Source: Phoronis australis (Eukaryota > Animalia > Phoronida). From it: a DNA stretch of 64,000 bases. Positions 25,139 through 38,266 of the stretch are shown one piece after another. Within the stretch, counting starts at the first letter, position 1. Every line of letters starts with the position of its first letter. The notes below the pieces were generated by a model. That model was not told where the DNA came from. It did not search any database and saw only the letters and a list, made by a program, of their open reading frames with translations. Position numbers and translations under genes: made by a program. The stretch is taken from positions 215,171-279,170 of the forward strand of contig NMRA01000390.1 of the NCBI GenBank assembly GCA_002633005.1. Direction: 5' to 3'.

Positions 25139-25234
25139 GTCAGAGCCCTAAACAGCCGACAATGGTAAACTTGGACGTTTAATGATTCACTTTAGAATAA
25201 TTTAATGTTTTGATAAAACGAAACATGGATGATG

Positions 25235-25282
25235 AACAGGTTCCTTTTCCGGTCTTGTCACAACGACATCTAGTGGCAACTG
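25235..25282 (-). promoter_or_regulatory. Putative CCDC50 proximal promoter motifs (ETS-like CCGGAA; CTCF-like TTGCCACTAGATGTCG)
   Basis: Motifs lie 100-145 bp upstream of the ATG; motif match only. Confidence 0.4.
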
Positions 25283-25302
25283 AAAGAAGTATACAGCCTG
25301 TG

Positions 25303-26000
25303 GTAGTAGTAGTAGTAATAATCTTTATTTAAAAGTCGGTGAGATTTAACAATGAAACGTTAGCACAAGTGCTATTATCCGACAAATTTAAAATCTACAA
25401 AATGAAGATACAGAACTAAAATACTAGCTAATTCTACAGTACGGAGAATATACAGAACTTAAACATCAATATAAATACAAAAATACACATACATGTTACG
25501 GAGCGTGTAGACATTCGTATCACTGAGTTTTCAAAAGAGCAGATCTCAGAGCAAAAATCATGAGCAACAGTGGCAAATTCATTGAAGGCAGTACATTGTC
25601 TCATTACTGATGGTAATGAGTTCCACAGCAAAGTACCTTTATGGGAGATTGAGTCGCATCCGTAAGTCCAAAGCGTTTCACAAGTAGAGACAGTTTTCAC
25701 TTCCGAGAGACCGTATCCAGACTCTAAATTCAAGCTTTCCTGACAAAGATAAGCATTTCATCCGCCAACTAGTTAGAGAGCAGCTCCTAGCCTTATCTAA
25801 GAGTTGTGAGTAGCTTGACTCGCTGTCACAAATTTTAAAGCACGGTGTTGTATCTTTTCCATTTTCCTACTTTTCTGTATTCCACATAGGTGCTAAACGA
25901 GGGGGCAGTGATTAAAATAGGATCTTATAAATGCATAGTATAACTTAAGCTTACTGTTAATGCCTAAAACATTACGAAGACGGAACAAGGCAGAGAGATT
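25303..26000 (-). mobile_element. 3' end of a CR1/L2-group LINE
   Basis: YNAFIRSYFNHCPL..KMEKIQHRALKFV..YSQLL..YG..SISHKGTLLWNSLP; AATAAA followed by a (TAC)n tail. Confidence 0.85.
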
Positions 26001-26377
26001 ACCGTCGCTTTAAACCTGTGGCCCCTTTTGAATTCTTATTTGGAAAGACATCGAAATGATTTTTATTTTGTTAGGGTTCTCAATATTTCTTCTATTGCTT
26101 CAATATAAAATGAACAGGATTCTTTTGTCGATAAATGTTCTTAAAGAGCTCCCACCATGATCCTGTGTCTCGAAAAGAATTTTATTGATACATCTCAAGG
26201 GATTTGATGGCCTTTATACCAGTTGCTAAGAAACAAGCCAAAAAAAGTGTTTAAAAGGTATTTTTCTGTTATGGGGGTTGTACGTATAATGGGTGACCGT
26301 CTCCGCCCGGGTTGATTTTACCAGGGCGATACTGAGGAGTTGTGAGGAAAGTCCGCTGAGAGCCGCCTTTTTTAGAC

Positions 26378-26560
26378 ATGAAAAAGTGCGTTTGTGGAGG
26401 CTGCAACTTGACAGAGAAGACGTATGTGTTCAAATTTCCTAATCACGTGAAAGTTGCACAGAAATGGCTTCGGTTTGTGCGCTGTAAGGTGGAATGATGT
26501 GTGTGGAAGATACGATTCGGTCGGGAGTCAAATTTTGTTCGGCATATTTCAGTCAAGAAA
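26378..26560 (+). pseudogene. Decayed THAP domain, probably from a transposase
   Basis: MKKCVCGGCN..YVFKFPNHVKVAQKWLRFVR..*..KFCSAYF; TTAA|AGAGCTCC at 26141 may be its terminus. Confidence 0.7.
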
Positions 26561-26744
26561 TCGTGCGGTTTCCGGGCTGAATTTTATAGTATTATATTTC
26601 TGTGTATGTCTTAATAAATTGTTAACTGTTAGAAGAAACCGTGTTTCGATTAAACACAAAAGCGGTGTTACTATGAAGGACTCGCCACCTTCTAAGTGCA
26701 TTCTACAAATTTTATAAATAATGAACAAACTGCTTCAATTCTAA

Positions 26745-29700
26745 GGAGAGTTATGCCTGAGGCCTTCGACCTCTGCCCAGATCGAGTACTAACTTCATCA
26801 TGGCAACAGCGAGTACGAGTGACCCACGTTTAATTTGTCGGTGATTATTAAGTGTCTATTTTGTGAATATTGACCACCCCTTGGTTCAGATGGTTGTGGC
26901 TCATATATGTTTCTCGTGCAAGTGGAGTTGATATGGCATCAAAGCCGACGAAAGTTCGCTAAGTGGGAAATTGAATTCATTGTCTGGTATTATGTGATTC
27001 CTGTATCCACTCTCCTCTCTGTCTGCCGCTGAAAATAAGTGTCCAGGTCTCGCTCCAAATCGGCTTTGTCTTTGATCTGCTGTGTTTCGCCATTGTAATG
27101 GATTATCAAGTGACCAAACGTCTTCCACTCATTTCATCATTTGGTGGGAAACTTGGGCAAAACGACCAGTTTAAACATGCATTTGATGGTTTTGTAGCAT
27201 TTGAAAATTCCAAAACTAAAAGGGCATATTATGGTAGGTATTCGGGAGGTGTGGCAATCTTTGTGGAAGCAACATTATAGCCTATAAATCAGTCATCAAG
27301 TTGAACACATTTTCTGAGTTTCCTGACATGGTAGGAATTGTTTATGATGGTCGAACTTTCAATCTGAACAAAGACGTATTTTATATTTAGACTTATGTTG
27401 CTCCAGAATCATCTACTGTTTATAACAATGAATCTGAGGACGGTATTTTGAAGCTAGAAAAAATACCTTTCAAATCCAAGCTACTTTAATACGACAGGTG
27501 TATATAATACTGACTGGAGGTTTTAATACCATGACTTGCTCATCCACAGATTATGTATTAGATGATAGCATGATATGTAGTGATCATGATTTGTATGATT
27601 TTTACTTTTTGATATTCCTAGGTATTCACTTGTTGGTTAACAGGCTAACTGTGGTAGAAACTTATTGCAGTTATGTAAAACGTAAGGTATTCACATAGTG
27701 AATGGTAGATATGAGAATGGCAGCCCTGGTATGGTCACTTCTCAAGTCCAGTCGATTATGTTATTATGAACAGCGAGTTATAAAACTACTTGACTAACTT
27801 CAGAGTGACAACCCATGAGGTCTCTGATCACTACCCACTATCATGTACGTTATACTTGGCCACACCAATGGTGGCGAGCTGGATGACGTCTTTACTTGCG
27901 AACGAATTCGATGGAATAGTTCACTTGCAGATAAATGAATGGTGAACATGCCCAAACAATTCTGTCTCACCTTCATGGCTGTATAGAAAACAATAACACA
28001 GACCATGCGGTTGGAATTTTAGAATCGTTTTTCAAAACGGTAGATGAATCAATGGGAATCACCAAGGCTAGAACAACTGTTAACAGGAAATTTTAAACGG
28101 GATCAAGCCTCGTGGTAGGATGAGGGATGTCAAGAGAAAAAAAGAGTTCAAGCGTAAAGCATTTAAATAAATTGCGAAAAGGTAGATGTACTATAAATGA
28201 ATATAGAAGATTAATGAGTGACTTCAGAAATATTGTCAAAATTAATATAAACAGATGTTGTATAGAATATCGATGCGCGATCAAATTAAACAAACGGCTA
28301 AAGACCCAAGTAAATGCTGGGATATTATTAAAAAGCAGGATAAAACATGTAACAAAAATGCTATCACTGCTCATCAGTGGAAGGGATACTTTAGTGATAC
28401 CCTATTAAGTTCTAGTTGTTCATTATTGGATGAAGAATTTGCCGCTCAAGTTGACCTTAGTAACTAATTGCATGACAGACACTGCAACCAATGTTTTGAT
28501 AAGAACACGGCTATGAATAAACCTATAACAGAAAACGAAGTCAACAATGCATTTAACTCTTATTAAGAATAACAAGACTACTGGCATAGATGGAATTCCT
28601 GGTGAACTCATGAAGCTCTCTACCTGACTAAGCTGTTTAATGCTATTTTATTTCCAGAGTGTATGCCAGGGGATTGGTGTAAAGCGCTAATTGTCCCGAT
28701 ACACAAAAAGGGAAGTCATGACGATTTAAACAATTATCGAGGTATATCGTTGCTAAATATAGTAAACAAGTTGCTTGTCAATATAATTAATAACCGGCTT
28801 GTTAAGTGAGCGACCGATGCAAAACTCAGTAGGAAGAGAAGGCTGGATTTAGAAAATCGTACAGCACAATATTGACCAGATATTTACCCTAAATGAATTG
28901 GTGCAGAAATAGTTGAGTAAGATAACGGGTAGATGCTATGTATTTTCTTAGATTTAAAAAGGCGTTTGATACTGTACAATTCAGATTCCTATTCCATAAA
29001 CTTGTTAATACTGGTGTGCTTGGCAACATATTAAAAGTGATCCAATCAATGTATGAAAAGTTAGAATCGTGTGTACGAGTGAATAATACTCACAGAACAA
29101 GGTTCTTTAAATGCACAGCAGGAGTGAGGCAATGGTGTGTCCTAAGTCCTTCTTTCCTGTTCACAATATTTTTAAATGAATTAATGAAACTCCTAAAGTA
29201 ATTCGATTGTCAGGGTACTTCTACTGACAGTGACTCTCCTGATGTATTAAGCTGATGACATGGCAAACATTGCGAAAACACCAAGACAGTTACAAAAACA
29301 AATAATAATTGTAGAACAATTCTCTAAACAATTTGGGATAGAGGTCAATGTTGACAAAACAAAGCTTATGGTTTTCCGAAATTGTGGTCCCTTGAAAAAA
29401 TATTGAGAAGTGGTCATAAAATTTTCAACCAATGAACACAGTGTCGTATTTTATGTATTTATGCTGTATTTTCTCCTCCCGAGCATGCTGGAGTAAACAT
29501 CCGAAGAGCTAGCTGCACAAGCTAGGAAGGCTATGTTTTCTTTAATAAGTAGATTTGACAGATCAATCAATGGCTTAAATTGCAAAACTGCCTTGCAAAT
29601 ATTTGATAAAACAATAACACCATACTATAATACGGCAAAGAAGTGCGAGGCGCCCAACAAAGCCATTGAGAGTGTGCAGGTTACCTTTTGTAAACATAAA

Positions 29701-29850
29701 GAGTCAGAAATAACACTTCCAACTGTGCTGTTCTTGGAGAATTTGGAAGATTCCCATTGTATGTGAATTACTTTATAAGATGTATCAAGTGTCGGTTAAA
29801 ATATTAGAAATTCCCAGTGACAGCATTGCATAAAAACATATCTTCTTCAC
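26745..29850 (+). mobile_element. Near full-length decayed LINE (APE endonuclease plus RT; RTE-X-like clade by inference)
   Basis: Ordered motifs CNGL, GGVAIFV, YVAPESS, ILTGGFN, VDYVI, SDH.P, GIDGIPGE, IVPIHKKG..NNYRGISLL, AGFRK, FKKAFDTV, GVRQ.CVLSP, ADD; many stops and frameshifts. Confidence 0.88.
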
Positions 29851-30079
29851 CATATTTGTTGAACATCGTTTGGAAATAGTGTTTTTAAATATTGGTTCAC
29901 TGTTTACAACATAATTGTTGGATTACGTGAGGTTATCGGATGAACGCAGACGATGATGGATCTGGACTATGTACATGATTATTGGTTTGCAAATTTTCTT
30001 CCCTTAGTGTTATGACTATTGTCACGCTGATGTTTTCCAAATAAACACGCTATGCCTGGGGTTTACTATCAGAAATTCC

Positions 30080-31850
30080 CTACATTATCAATAGCAGTAA
30101 AACAAAAATGGTGATGTTCACCTGGAAGCGGAAGTTGAATGTAAAACCATTAAAGCTACTGAACTCTCACTCCAAGAAAAAGTCACCTACCCAGGTGTTA
30201 CTCTCCACCATCGCTTTTCTTGGACACCTCACGTGATGGACAAGATAACCAAGGCCAAGTCGGCCCTGGTAAGGTGTTGCCGAGTAGTGGGTAAAACTTG
30301 GGAACTCTCTCCCAAAAATTCTCTCTGTATCTACATTGGTGTTATCAGACCCATGTTAGCTTACGCGGCATCAATATGGATAACACCTCTTGAACAGAGC
30401 ACTGTTAGAACTAAACTGATACAAATACAGCGTTTAGCTTGCTCGTTTGTTACTTCTGCTTTTCCAGGTTCACCTACAACTACAATGGAAATGCTTATTG
30501 GTTTGCCACCCCTGCATATTTACCTCAACGGTGAAGCTGTGCTTGAAGCTTACCGTATGAGGTGTAATGGGCAGTGGAGTAATGTGTGAATCACTGATAC
30601 TGTTGCTCATAAGAGCCATGTTAATGTATGCAACAGCTTAATGTCAGAACCTGGAACACATTTGGCAATGCCAAGGGATGTTTTATTGACAGACACAATT
30701 TCTATACAGAAATTTCTGTATAGAAATTGGAGGTGGTCACGAAATCATTGATTACAATGACCAACACTTCGTTTGTTACGCTGATTGCTCTAAACTTGAC
30801 AACGGACAGTCAGGTTCGTGAATTTACTTTTCAGGCCTTACAGGTGACGACAAAGAAAGATGGGTCTCACTGGGTAACACCGTTACAGTCTTTCAGGCTG
30901 AAATTGTTGCCATTCACCAGGCTGCCCAACTGGCAAGGGAGCATAAAGCAGTCCTTGGAACAAGGAACTCTTCATACTCTCTGACAGCCAAGCAACTCTA
31001 AGCCCAAGATCAACTACCATTGTGTCCTGGCCTGTGTAAACGAGCTTAACCGCCTATCAGCTGGTAGAACTGTTCATGTGAACTGGGTTAAAGCCCATGT
31101 TGGCATTGACGGTAACGAAGCTGCTGACAAACTTGCAAAAGAAGGAGCAAATGCACCCTGTTTTGCACCAGAACCTTGCATACCAGTTGTCTATAGGTGC
31201 TGCAGAGCAAAGGTAAGACACTGGGTGTGCAAACTGTCCGTGGATACATGGAGAAAGCTCCTTGCCTGCAGACAAACCAAACAACTTTTTCGAAGTCCTA
31301 GTGAACCAAACGGTTCAAAGAAACTGTTATGTTTAGATAGGCTTGCTATAAGGCAACTGATCCAGGTTATTACTGGACACTGCAACCTAGCTCGGCACCG
31401 TAACATCACAGGCCACATGGCATGTTCATTGTGTCCCAACTGTGGCTTGCAGGCCGAGACTTCTCAACATCTGATGAAGATTTGCCCTGCCTACAATAAA
31501 CACCGTAATTTACTACTTGATGGATACATAACCTGCCTGGTTAACATTGTTAATTCATACAGGTTTAATAGTCTTTCTGTCTTTCTGAAACAAACTGGCT
31601 GATTGGAAGATTTCACCCGTGAGGAATTCGGTGATGTCGTGTCCCCATGAATCATAATCAGGTGACTAGTGTAATGGGCCCGGCCTTTTGGCCGAAACAC
31701 GCCTAATGTACCGCAAAAGGCATCAGGCCACCTGCACCTTTTTGTAAATCATCAAACATAGCAACATCACCCATTCAATTCAAAATCACACATATATTGA
31801 GCGCACTTCGGGTGCCCCGGCCCAATTCCCATTAACTAAAATAAAATAAG
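30080..31850 (+). mobile_element. 5'-truncated LINE with RT thumb, RNase H and C-terminal Cys/His knuckle (I/LOA/R1-group by inference)
   Basis: YIGVIRPMLAYAASIW, VFQAEIVAI, SDSQA, WVKAHVGIDGNEAADKLAKEG, CPNCGLQAETSQHL..C. Confidence 0.88.
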
Positions 31851-34046
31851 AAACGCAAATACAAAGTTCAATTTTTAATTATTCTCATATAGCTGGAAAA
31901 AGGAGGTGTGCTGTTGTATTTTAATAACATTTACTGCTACCATGAGACATGTTCGCAGGCGCCTCTAGTACCTAAATATAGTTCCACTAAGCCCGATCAA
32001 AAACAAACATGAAAAATGTCAAGTCGCGTGCGATTCCGCCAGAACTTTTATAAACGCCAAACCAAAACAAACGACCATTTGCCGTGAAAACACGCCTATC
32101 AATTAATTCCCCTAATATAAATGAGCGGTCCACTGTGCACGCTCAATGCTATGCAGAAACTCTGGCCGTTTCGATATCGAGCCTCCCAATAAGCACAACC
32201 ACCGCCGTTTTCAAATCCAGAAACTGTTGCCAAGTTATTGGTCAAGGCACTAGATTCGTGCGTCCTCTCCTATGTTGTCTTGACCCCACATTTGGCGAAG
32301 TGGGGAAAATGTCCGCCTCAGAGAAACAAAAGCTCCGAACTGAGAAAGTAGAAAACGAGACAAAAGTCCACTAAAAAGACAGGAACTACCAAAATTCGGC
32401 GAATGCACAATTCATAGCTCTGTGTACCCCATGAATCTTAGTGAAAGGTGCTCATTCTCAAAAATTCGAGAACCCCATTTTTAGGCTGGATGCGCGCATG
32501 AGATTGCGTTGTAAAATCAATACCGTTCAGATTATTGTATGTGCAACCGCATCACGTGACTTGTAAGCCAAGAGGCTTGGGTTTGTGTGGTGCTCCATAT
32601 CTTAATCTATCCATGTTGCTATCATAAATAAATAAGTATAAATTCTGACGTACCCAGTGTTCGAACTACAGCAAATAAATGTGAAAATTTAAAAGTTACT
32701 GGCCTGCCGCAAATCCACTAGCCCCGGGACACCGGGCCAGGGTGTATATCGAACGCTGGGTGTCCCATATTTATTCTAAAAACAATCCTCGTGCCATTCA
32801 CCTCCAGCAGTACAACACCCGCCTGGGCAATTCCATTACAATGATTCAATTTAGGGAAATTCATGTGAAAGGTTTTATTTCAATCTAGAACTCCCAGTTC
32901 TTCAGTTCTACGAGTTCGTGTATCAAATCTCCGGCCTACATTTCAAATATTAAATAAACAGAGTGTACATAATATCTGAGACAAAATTATTTCATTTCAA
33001 GGAATATGTTCAATGTTTCTCAACTAAACATAAATCAGATACATAGCAACTGTTCTTAAGGTATGGATCTTCAAAACATTTCTCAACACTATTTCGCCCA
33101 CGAAATCGGACCCACTTGAAATGTGACAAAGGGGCCAAATGGACAAAATTAAAACCGTGTAAATCTCAAAACAACCGAATCACAGACGTGGCCATGAATA
33201 TTTCTCATAATCGAAATGACATCTTCAATGTTGCGAATGTTTTGTTAAATTTCCTATCACTCTCTTCATCTAAATTACACTTAATTAAACCTCTTTAACG
33301 AAAAATTACATTAAACCATCGGGAAATTGTGAACCCCTGTTGATTGTAGGCTACTTCTAACGACATAGACGTGGTGGGCGTGCCCGAGGCTGGGATGGGG
33401 TGGGTGGGTGAACGAACCCTTTGTGGAGTCTGTGTCTATCACTTTGATGCCAGACAAGCTTGAAAATTTGGATGCTTGAAATGTGCCTGCAAATACGTGG
33501 TTCATTTTTGTTTTGGATTAACGGATTTTTACCATTGTACTACGAGGGAGGTAGATAGCAATCGGGAAGCGAATGTGCGTGTGTGTATCCACTCAGACAT
33601 TTACCAGTCAGAGCCGAGAATCGAACTTGATGAGTTTCGCTGCTACGCACGAACTAAGCTGTAACCATGCATTCTTATTTTTTGTTGTATGCTTGATTAC
33701 CACAGTATTACATGTCGGTCGGTGAATTTTCAAATTAGTGTTTGAATGCTCATTTGCCTGCTCTAGCAGAATCGGAATAAGTACAGTAAATTGCCTAGAA
33801 TCACAATGAAATTGTTTTATATGGCTTGTTGTTTGAGAATTGATGTCCAGGAGGGGGTTAGTGAGACAGTTAAGGGAAGATGTGACGGCGTTTTGGTAGA
33901 CCGGAGTTTCGCAAGTGACATTATAGATTGCGCTTTAAACATTCCTTTTGCGGGCTTTCTTTTGCCCCCGTTTTCTTATGCTACTTTTGTCAGCCTCGCT
34001 CGCTCTCCCTTGGGTGGGCGGATGCATCCTTCTGCTGCATCTGTGG

Positions 34047-34715
34047 CAGATTGTCACCCACCTTTACAGTTCAACATGTTATATAACTTTTGTAATTACT
34101 GATATCTGTAGTAGTTTAGTTTGTCATAATATATATGACCTTTTATCTCAACTACACGTGTTGTTTCACTGTAAACTAGCTGCGATATCGCTTCGCAGTT
34201 AGCGCACATAAAAACTATTTAAGTATTAAATTATTTTATGTAAGCTATACTGCCTCGTCCTCATTATCATATTGTTTGGATTCTCAGGTCAGTGACCCTC
34301 TTTGTTTTAAGATTATTGGTTCAATTGTACCACGTGATCTCTTTGTCTTGCCGCAACACTGGGACATCGTCCACAATTCTCTCCAACTTCTCATTTTTCA
34401 CTCAATTTCTCTTTCCCTCCCTCCCTCAAACCAATTTTCTTTCTTTCTCTGTTATCCTCAAATTTCACATGTCGCTGTCCCGGTGTTGCTGTTATGCTTC
34501 CACATATTGTTTCGTAACTTACCACTTGTGTATACCTTCATTGGAGACAGATTGTCACCCACCTTTACAGTTCAACATGTTAGATAACTTTTGTAATTAC
34601 TGATAACTGTAGTAGTTTAGTTTGTCATAATATATATATGACCTTTTATCTCAACTACACGTGTTGTTTCACTGTAAACTAGCTTCGGTATCGCTTCGCA
34701 GTTAGCGCATATAAA
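34047..34715. repeat. ~165-bp direct duplication (34047-34212 and 34548-34715), possibly Penelope-like pseudo-LTRs
   Basis: Near-identical CAGATTGTCACCCACCTTTACAG...CGCAGTTAGCGCAYATAAA blocks. The duplication is certain; PLE identity is weak inference. Confidence 0.75.
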
Positions 34716-35039
34716 TGTGTTTATGTTCGGCATATGTCCATGATGAACCTGGACGCCGCATGAGCAAAGTTCCATTTTCAATGATAAAAAGGAGACTTAA
34801 AGATGGCAAAATGGTCTTTTATTATGATGAATCAATGGAAATATAAATTTTATGTATACAATATGTGGAAAGATAGCCAAAAGAAAACTGGCATGAAAGA
34901 TGTCTGAGACAAGCTGATGTCCATCCAAAAAAGAAGACAATATGAATAAAGTAACATGAAGTCTGGAAATTTAATTGATAAAAAAAACACCTTCACAAGC
35001 TGTCGACAACTCACTGTCATGAAATATATTCGGATGCTG

Positions 35040-35530
35040 TTCATTTGAATTATCGATAGAAGGAAGTCGGAACCAATGTAGAAATGCCAGGATTGGAGTT
35101 ATGTGGTTGTAAGAAGTGTTTGAGAAAATCCTCTGATAGCTGTTTTGTACCAGTTGAAAAGTGCAGACGTCAGCTTGGTTTCTGCCATGCAAGACTAAAG
35201 CTACATGGGCCAGTCGAGATGTTCATGCTATTGGTATAGGCGACATAATGTTTGAAAGCGCTCCTAGTTCATCTTCAACTTATACGGCGACCAGCGCCCG
35301 ATGTCAGCAACACCTTTGGTGTTTGCCAATCATCTCCAAAAGCTGCATTACATTAGGGACGTCCACTACGCTGTCGTCAACGTAACGAAGGTGTGTTACG
35401 CCGAATATTCTGATTAATGTCTACCTGGCGAATAAATTGGCAAAACATATGGCAGACTCTTGGGGGACTCCACGAATGATGATAATCGAGTTGGACTCAG
35501 CTTTTGCGATGCCAAAGGCTGTAATTGATA
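35040..35530 (-). pseudogene. Decayed L2-type LINE RT remnant
   Basis: GVPQES, YVDD, QLVQN..HITPILAFLHW motifs. Confidence 0.7.
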
Positions 35531-35852
35531 GTGAAGGTGCGACGCGCACTACGTCAAATATGCCGTATCTGTTTTGTCGAATGCTGCACTTAGAACAACA
35601 AAGTTTCAGAATAACTGTGCAGTTGTCAAACTGCCAACAGGTGGCCAATGTGGAGCATTTCCGTCTCTCTGGGGATGTGTTGCCTGTAACTAGCCGTTCC
35701 AGAGGATACAAATCAGCCTTAAACTCACAAGAAGCAACTTTTGATTTAGACCACTTGCCGTCATAGAAATTGTAGTCAATTATTGTTTCTTACAAATTTG
35801 AGACGGCATCAGGACTTGAAAAGAACTGACAGACAGCTATTACTTGAGACCA

Positions 35853-36006
35853 GGCGTGCGTTCAGTAGACGCTAGGACCTACGCTAGGACCTAGCTAAAA
35901 CCTAGTCAAAGTCACGTGTTCTCATTTAAAATGCACGGCAATATCTCACGTAATCTCGCGAAGTCTTGCTTTTTAGCGAGGTCCTAGCGTCACTGAACGG
36001 GAGGCC
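35853..36006. mobile_element. ~150-bp Harbinger-like MITE
   Basis: GGC..CGTTCAGT.GACGCTAGGACCT / AGGTCCTAGCGTCACTGAACG..GCC inverted termini. Confidence 0.65.
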
Positions 36007-38266
36007 GGCTCTATCAGTTAAGCCTATCTTCAGTACCAGAGCGTGTCATCTTCGAGCAACAGGTCTCAACGGGATGTCAAGTTTACTGAAAGCAAATAAA
36101 TTCCGAGGAACAATTAAGTTGTGACCAACGCTACAGCGCGTCGTGAGTTAAATCAAATGTTCGTTTCTTGAATTGATTGCGGGTTCCTAGCTTCTTTATA
36201 TAACTCGAAAAATTAATGCTTGAAAAAGCGAAGTGACGATAAGACAAACTGATGGTCCAATTCCAATGTTCTACTCTTCGATAATGGTGTTACCATTGGC
36301 GTCTTGATCTATGTGGCACAGAACGGTTCTGGTGGATAGAGGCAAGTTCAAAATGTGAACGAGAATACTCAGCAGGATATCGGTGGTTTCCATCACAACC
36401 CCATGTAAGCTGTAAGATAGGCTAATGGTCAGTGCATGAGAACGAAGCTCACTGTCTGTCAAATACACAAACTGTAGCAAGAAGTTGAGTTAGTATTTCC
36501 AAATGAGTTTGTCCTTGGTTTCCACGTCTGGTAATTAGTAGGCTTTCTTGGCAAAGACAAAAGAACTAAACAGGCGTGCTTTCCGTACACTCGAGAACTT
36601 GATAATCAAGATCACGCAAGGCTTCACGAGATATCGCCATGTCTTACAAACCAGGCACATGACAACACCAGCTTCTCTTGCAAGATATTACGTCTGCGGA
36701 ACCCAGGCCCACGTCGCTTCCAAAATATCATAGAACAAATGGACTCCGGAACATAAACAGTACTTATACACTGCATTTAAATCATATGGATTGGAATGTC
36801 TGGAATTTAGTTGAATGTGCTCATTTGCGAAGGGGTGTACCGTAGTTTGGGTTAAGAAGTCTATAGCAAATATCCCAACATAAGGCTCTTGAATATTTCC
36901 GTGTGCAAATTTGTAGACACCGATCAAATGGCATCTCGCTCGAGGTTTTCACGAATAATATGAGAAAAAGGCAAACCATCGTCGATATAAGTCCAAAAGA
37001 ACTTGTTTTCACGTTCATTACTTCGCTCCTCCTCTCACAAACAAACCTGTAAAATTATCAAAAGTTATATAAATTGTGTGTTCAGTCTGCACACAAATGG
37101 TCATTTCTTGCCACTGTGCTAACAAAATGTGCAAGCCACGTTTCATAATTGCCCACAACATATTGTTTGCCCACTGAAATAAGACTACCGCACTGTTTGT
37201 CCAGTGAAATAAGACTATCACGAGTTTTCCTTTTTGTCATTCAGTAACCGGTTTATCAGCAATAAGCAAAGTTATTGGTACTTACTCTGAAATGTACTTT
37301 AAATCTTTTTATAAAAGCAAACTTAAAAATCTTCTCAGCGCTAATTAGGTCAAGCCCGGGACAAGCATTGGTACTTCAAACTCAAGTAATGAGCGATATG
37401 ATGATGGATCTTTCCGCTGAACTCCAATGGGTCTATCGGGTTTTACAATTCATCATTAGCAACGATAACTGGAACGTTAAAATTAATGGGAAATAAAGGG
37501 TTCCCAAAAACATAAACTAGAACAATGTTTTTTTTAAAGACGGGACTGTGCAAGGCTTTAAAGATGTTGGGATCGCTTCTGAATAAGCGTGACTTCTTGT
37601 AGGTATTAGTTATGGCCTGAGTTAAAAATCAGTGAAATCTACTGTGTTTTGCAATGTTATTACAAATTCCTTATTCCCGATATTGGCTTCCATACATTCA
37701 GTAGAATTTATTGAAATCGAAGCCGGTGAGGATATCAGTTAAATACGCTTTTAGCTCAAGTAGCCGCGTTGGACTGCTGAGGTGGTGAGGTCTAATCCTT
37801 TGTGAAGCTGCTCAAATACACAATATAGTCGTGATAGTGTATCGACCCTAGGAATATGTGTTCAAATTGGGGCAAAATGTCTCAGAAACGGCTGATCGGA
37901 TTCATATGGAACATTCATACACTATGCTTTATGCACCATTCTCCAACTTGCTTTTTGGAATTTCTTTTATAATCTTCCGCTTTTGTACGAGGGATTGCCA
38001 AAAGAAGATTCTCATGCTTTAATAAAAAACTCAATGATGCACGGAACGAAAAAGAAATAGTAATTTAGAAATTTGTAGCAGCTGTTTGAGTACTCATTAT
38101 GAACTTATATCAATTGAAAATTGGTCATTTTCTTGCTACTTTGATGCAACGATTGTTTTCTTAAAATTCGTGTCAGATGACCCCATAACTGGCACACTGC
38201 TACAAAATCAAAGTCACGCTCTAGAAGCCTTGTACTTTCAGCAAATGTATACTTTCCCTGCGTTAA

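Noticed and set aside
26745-26826. Canonical HDV-like, hammerhead or twister ribozyme
   Set aside because: An extra helix strand lies between the would-be P3 and P1 3' strands, there is no P4/J4-2 arrangement, and no CUGANGA/GAAA or twister core. Kept instead as an unclassified candidate.
31670-31702. Hammerhead ribozyme (GGCC-TTTT-GGCC-GAAAC)
   Set aside because: No CUGANGA upstream of the stem; better explained as a LINE 3' UTR stem-loop.
36040-36740. Further retroelement fragments (VPRNLFAFSKLDIPLRPVA; LLSILVHILNLPLST)
   Set aside because: Resemble PLE and L2 RT motifs but are too short and decayed to delimit or classify.
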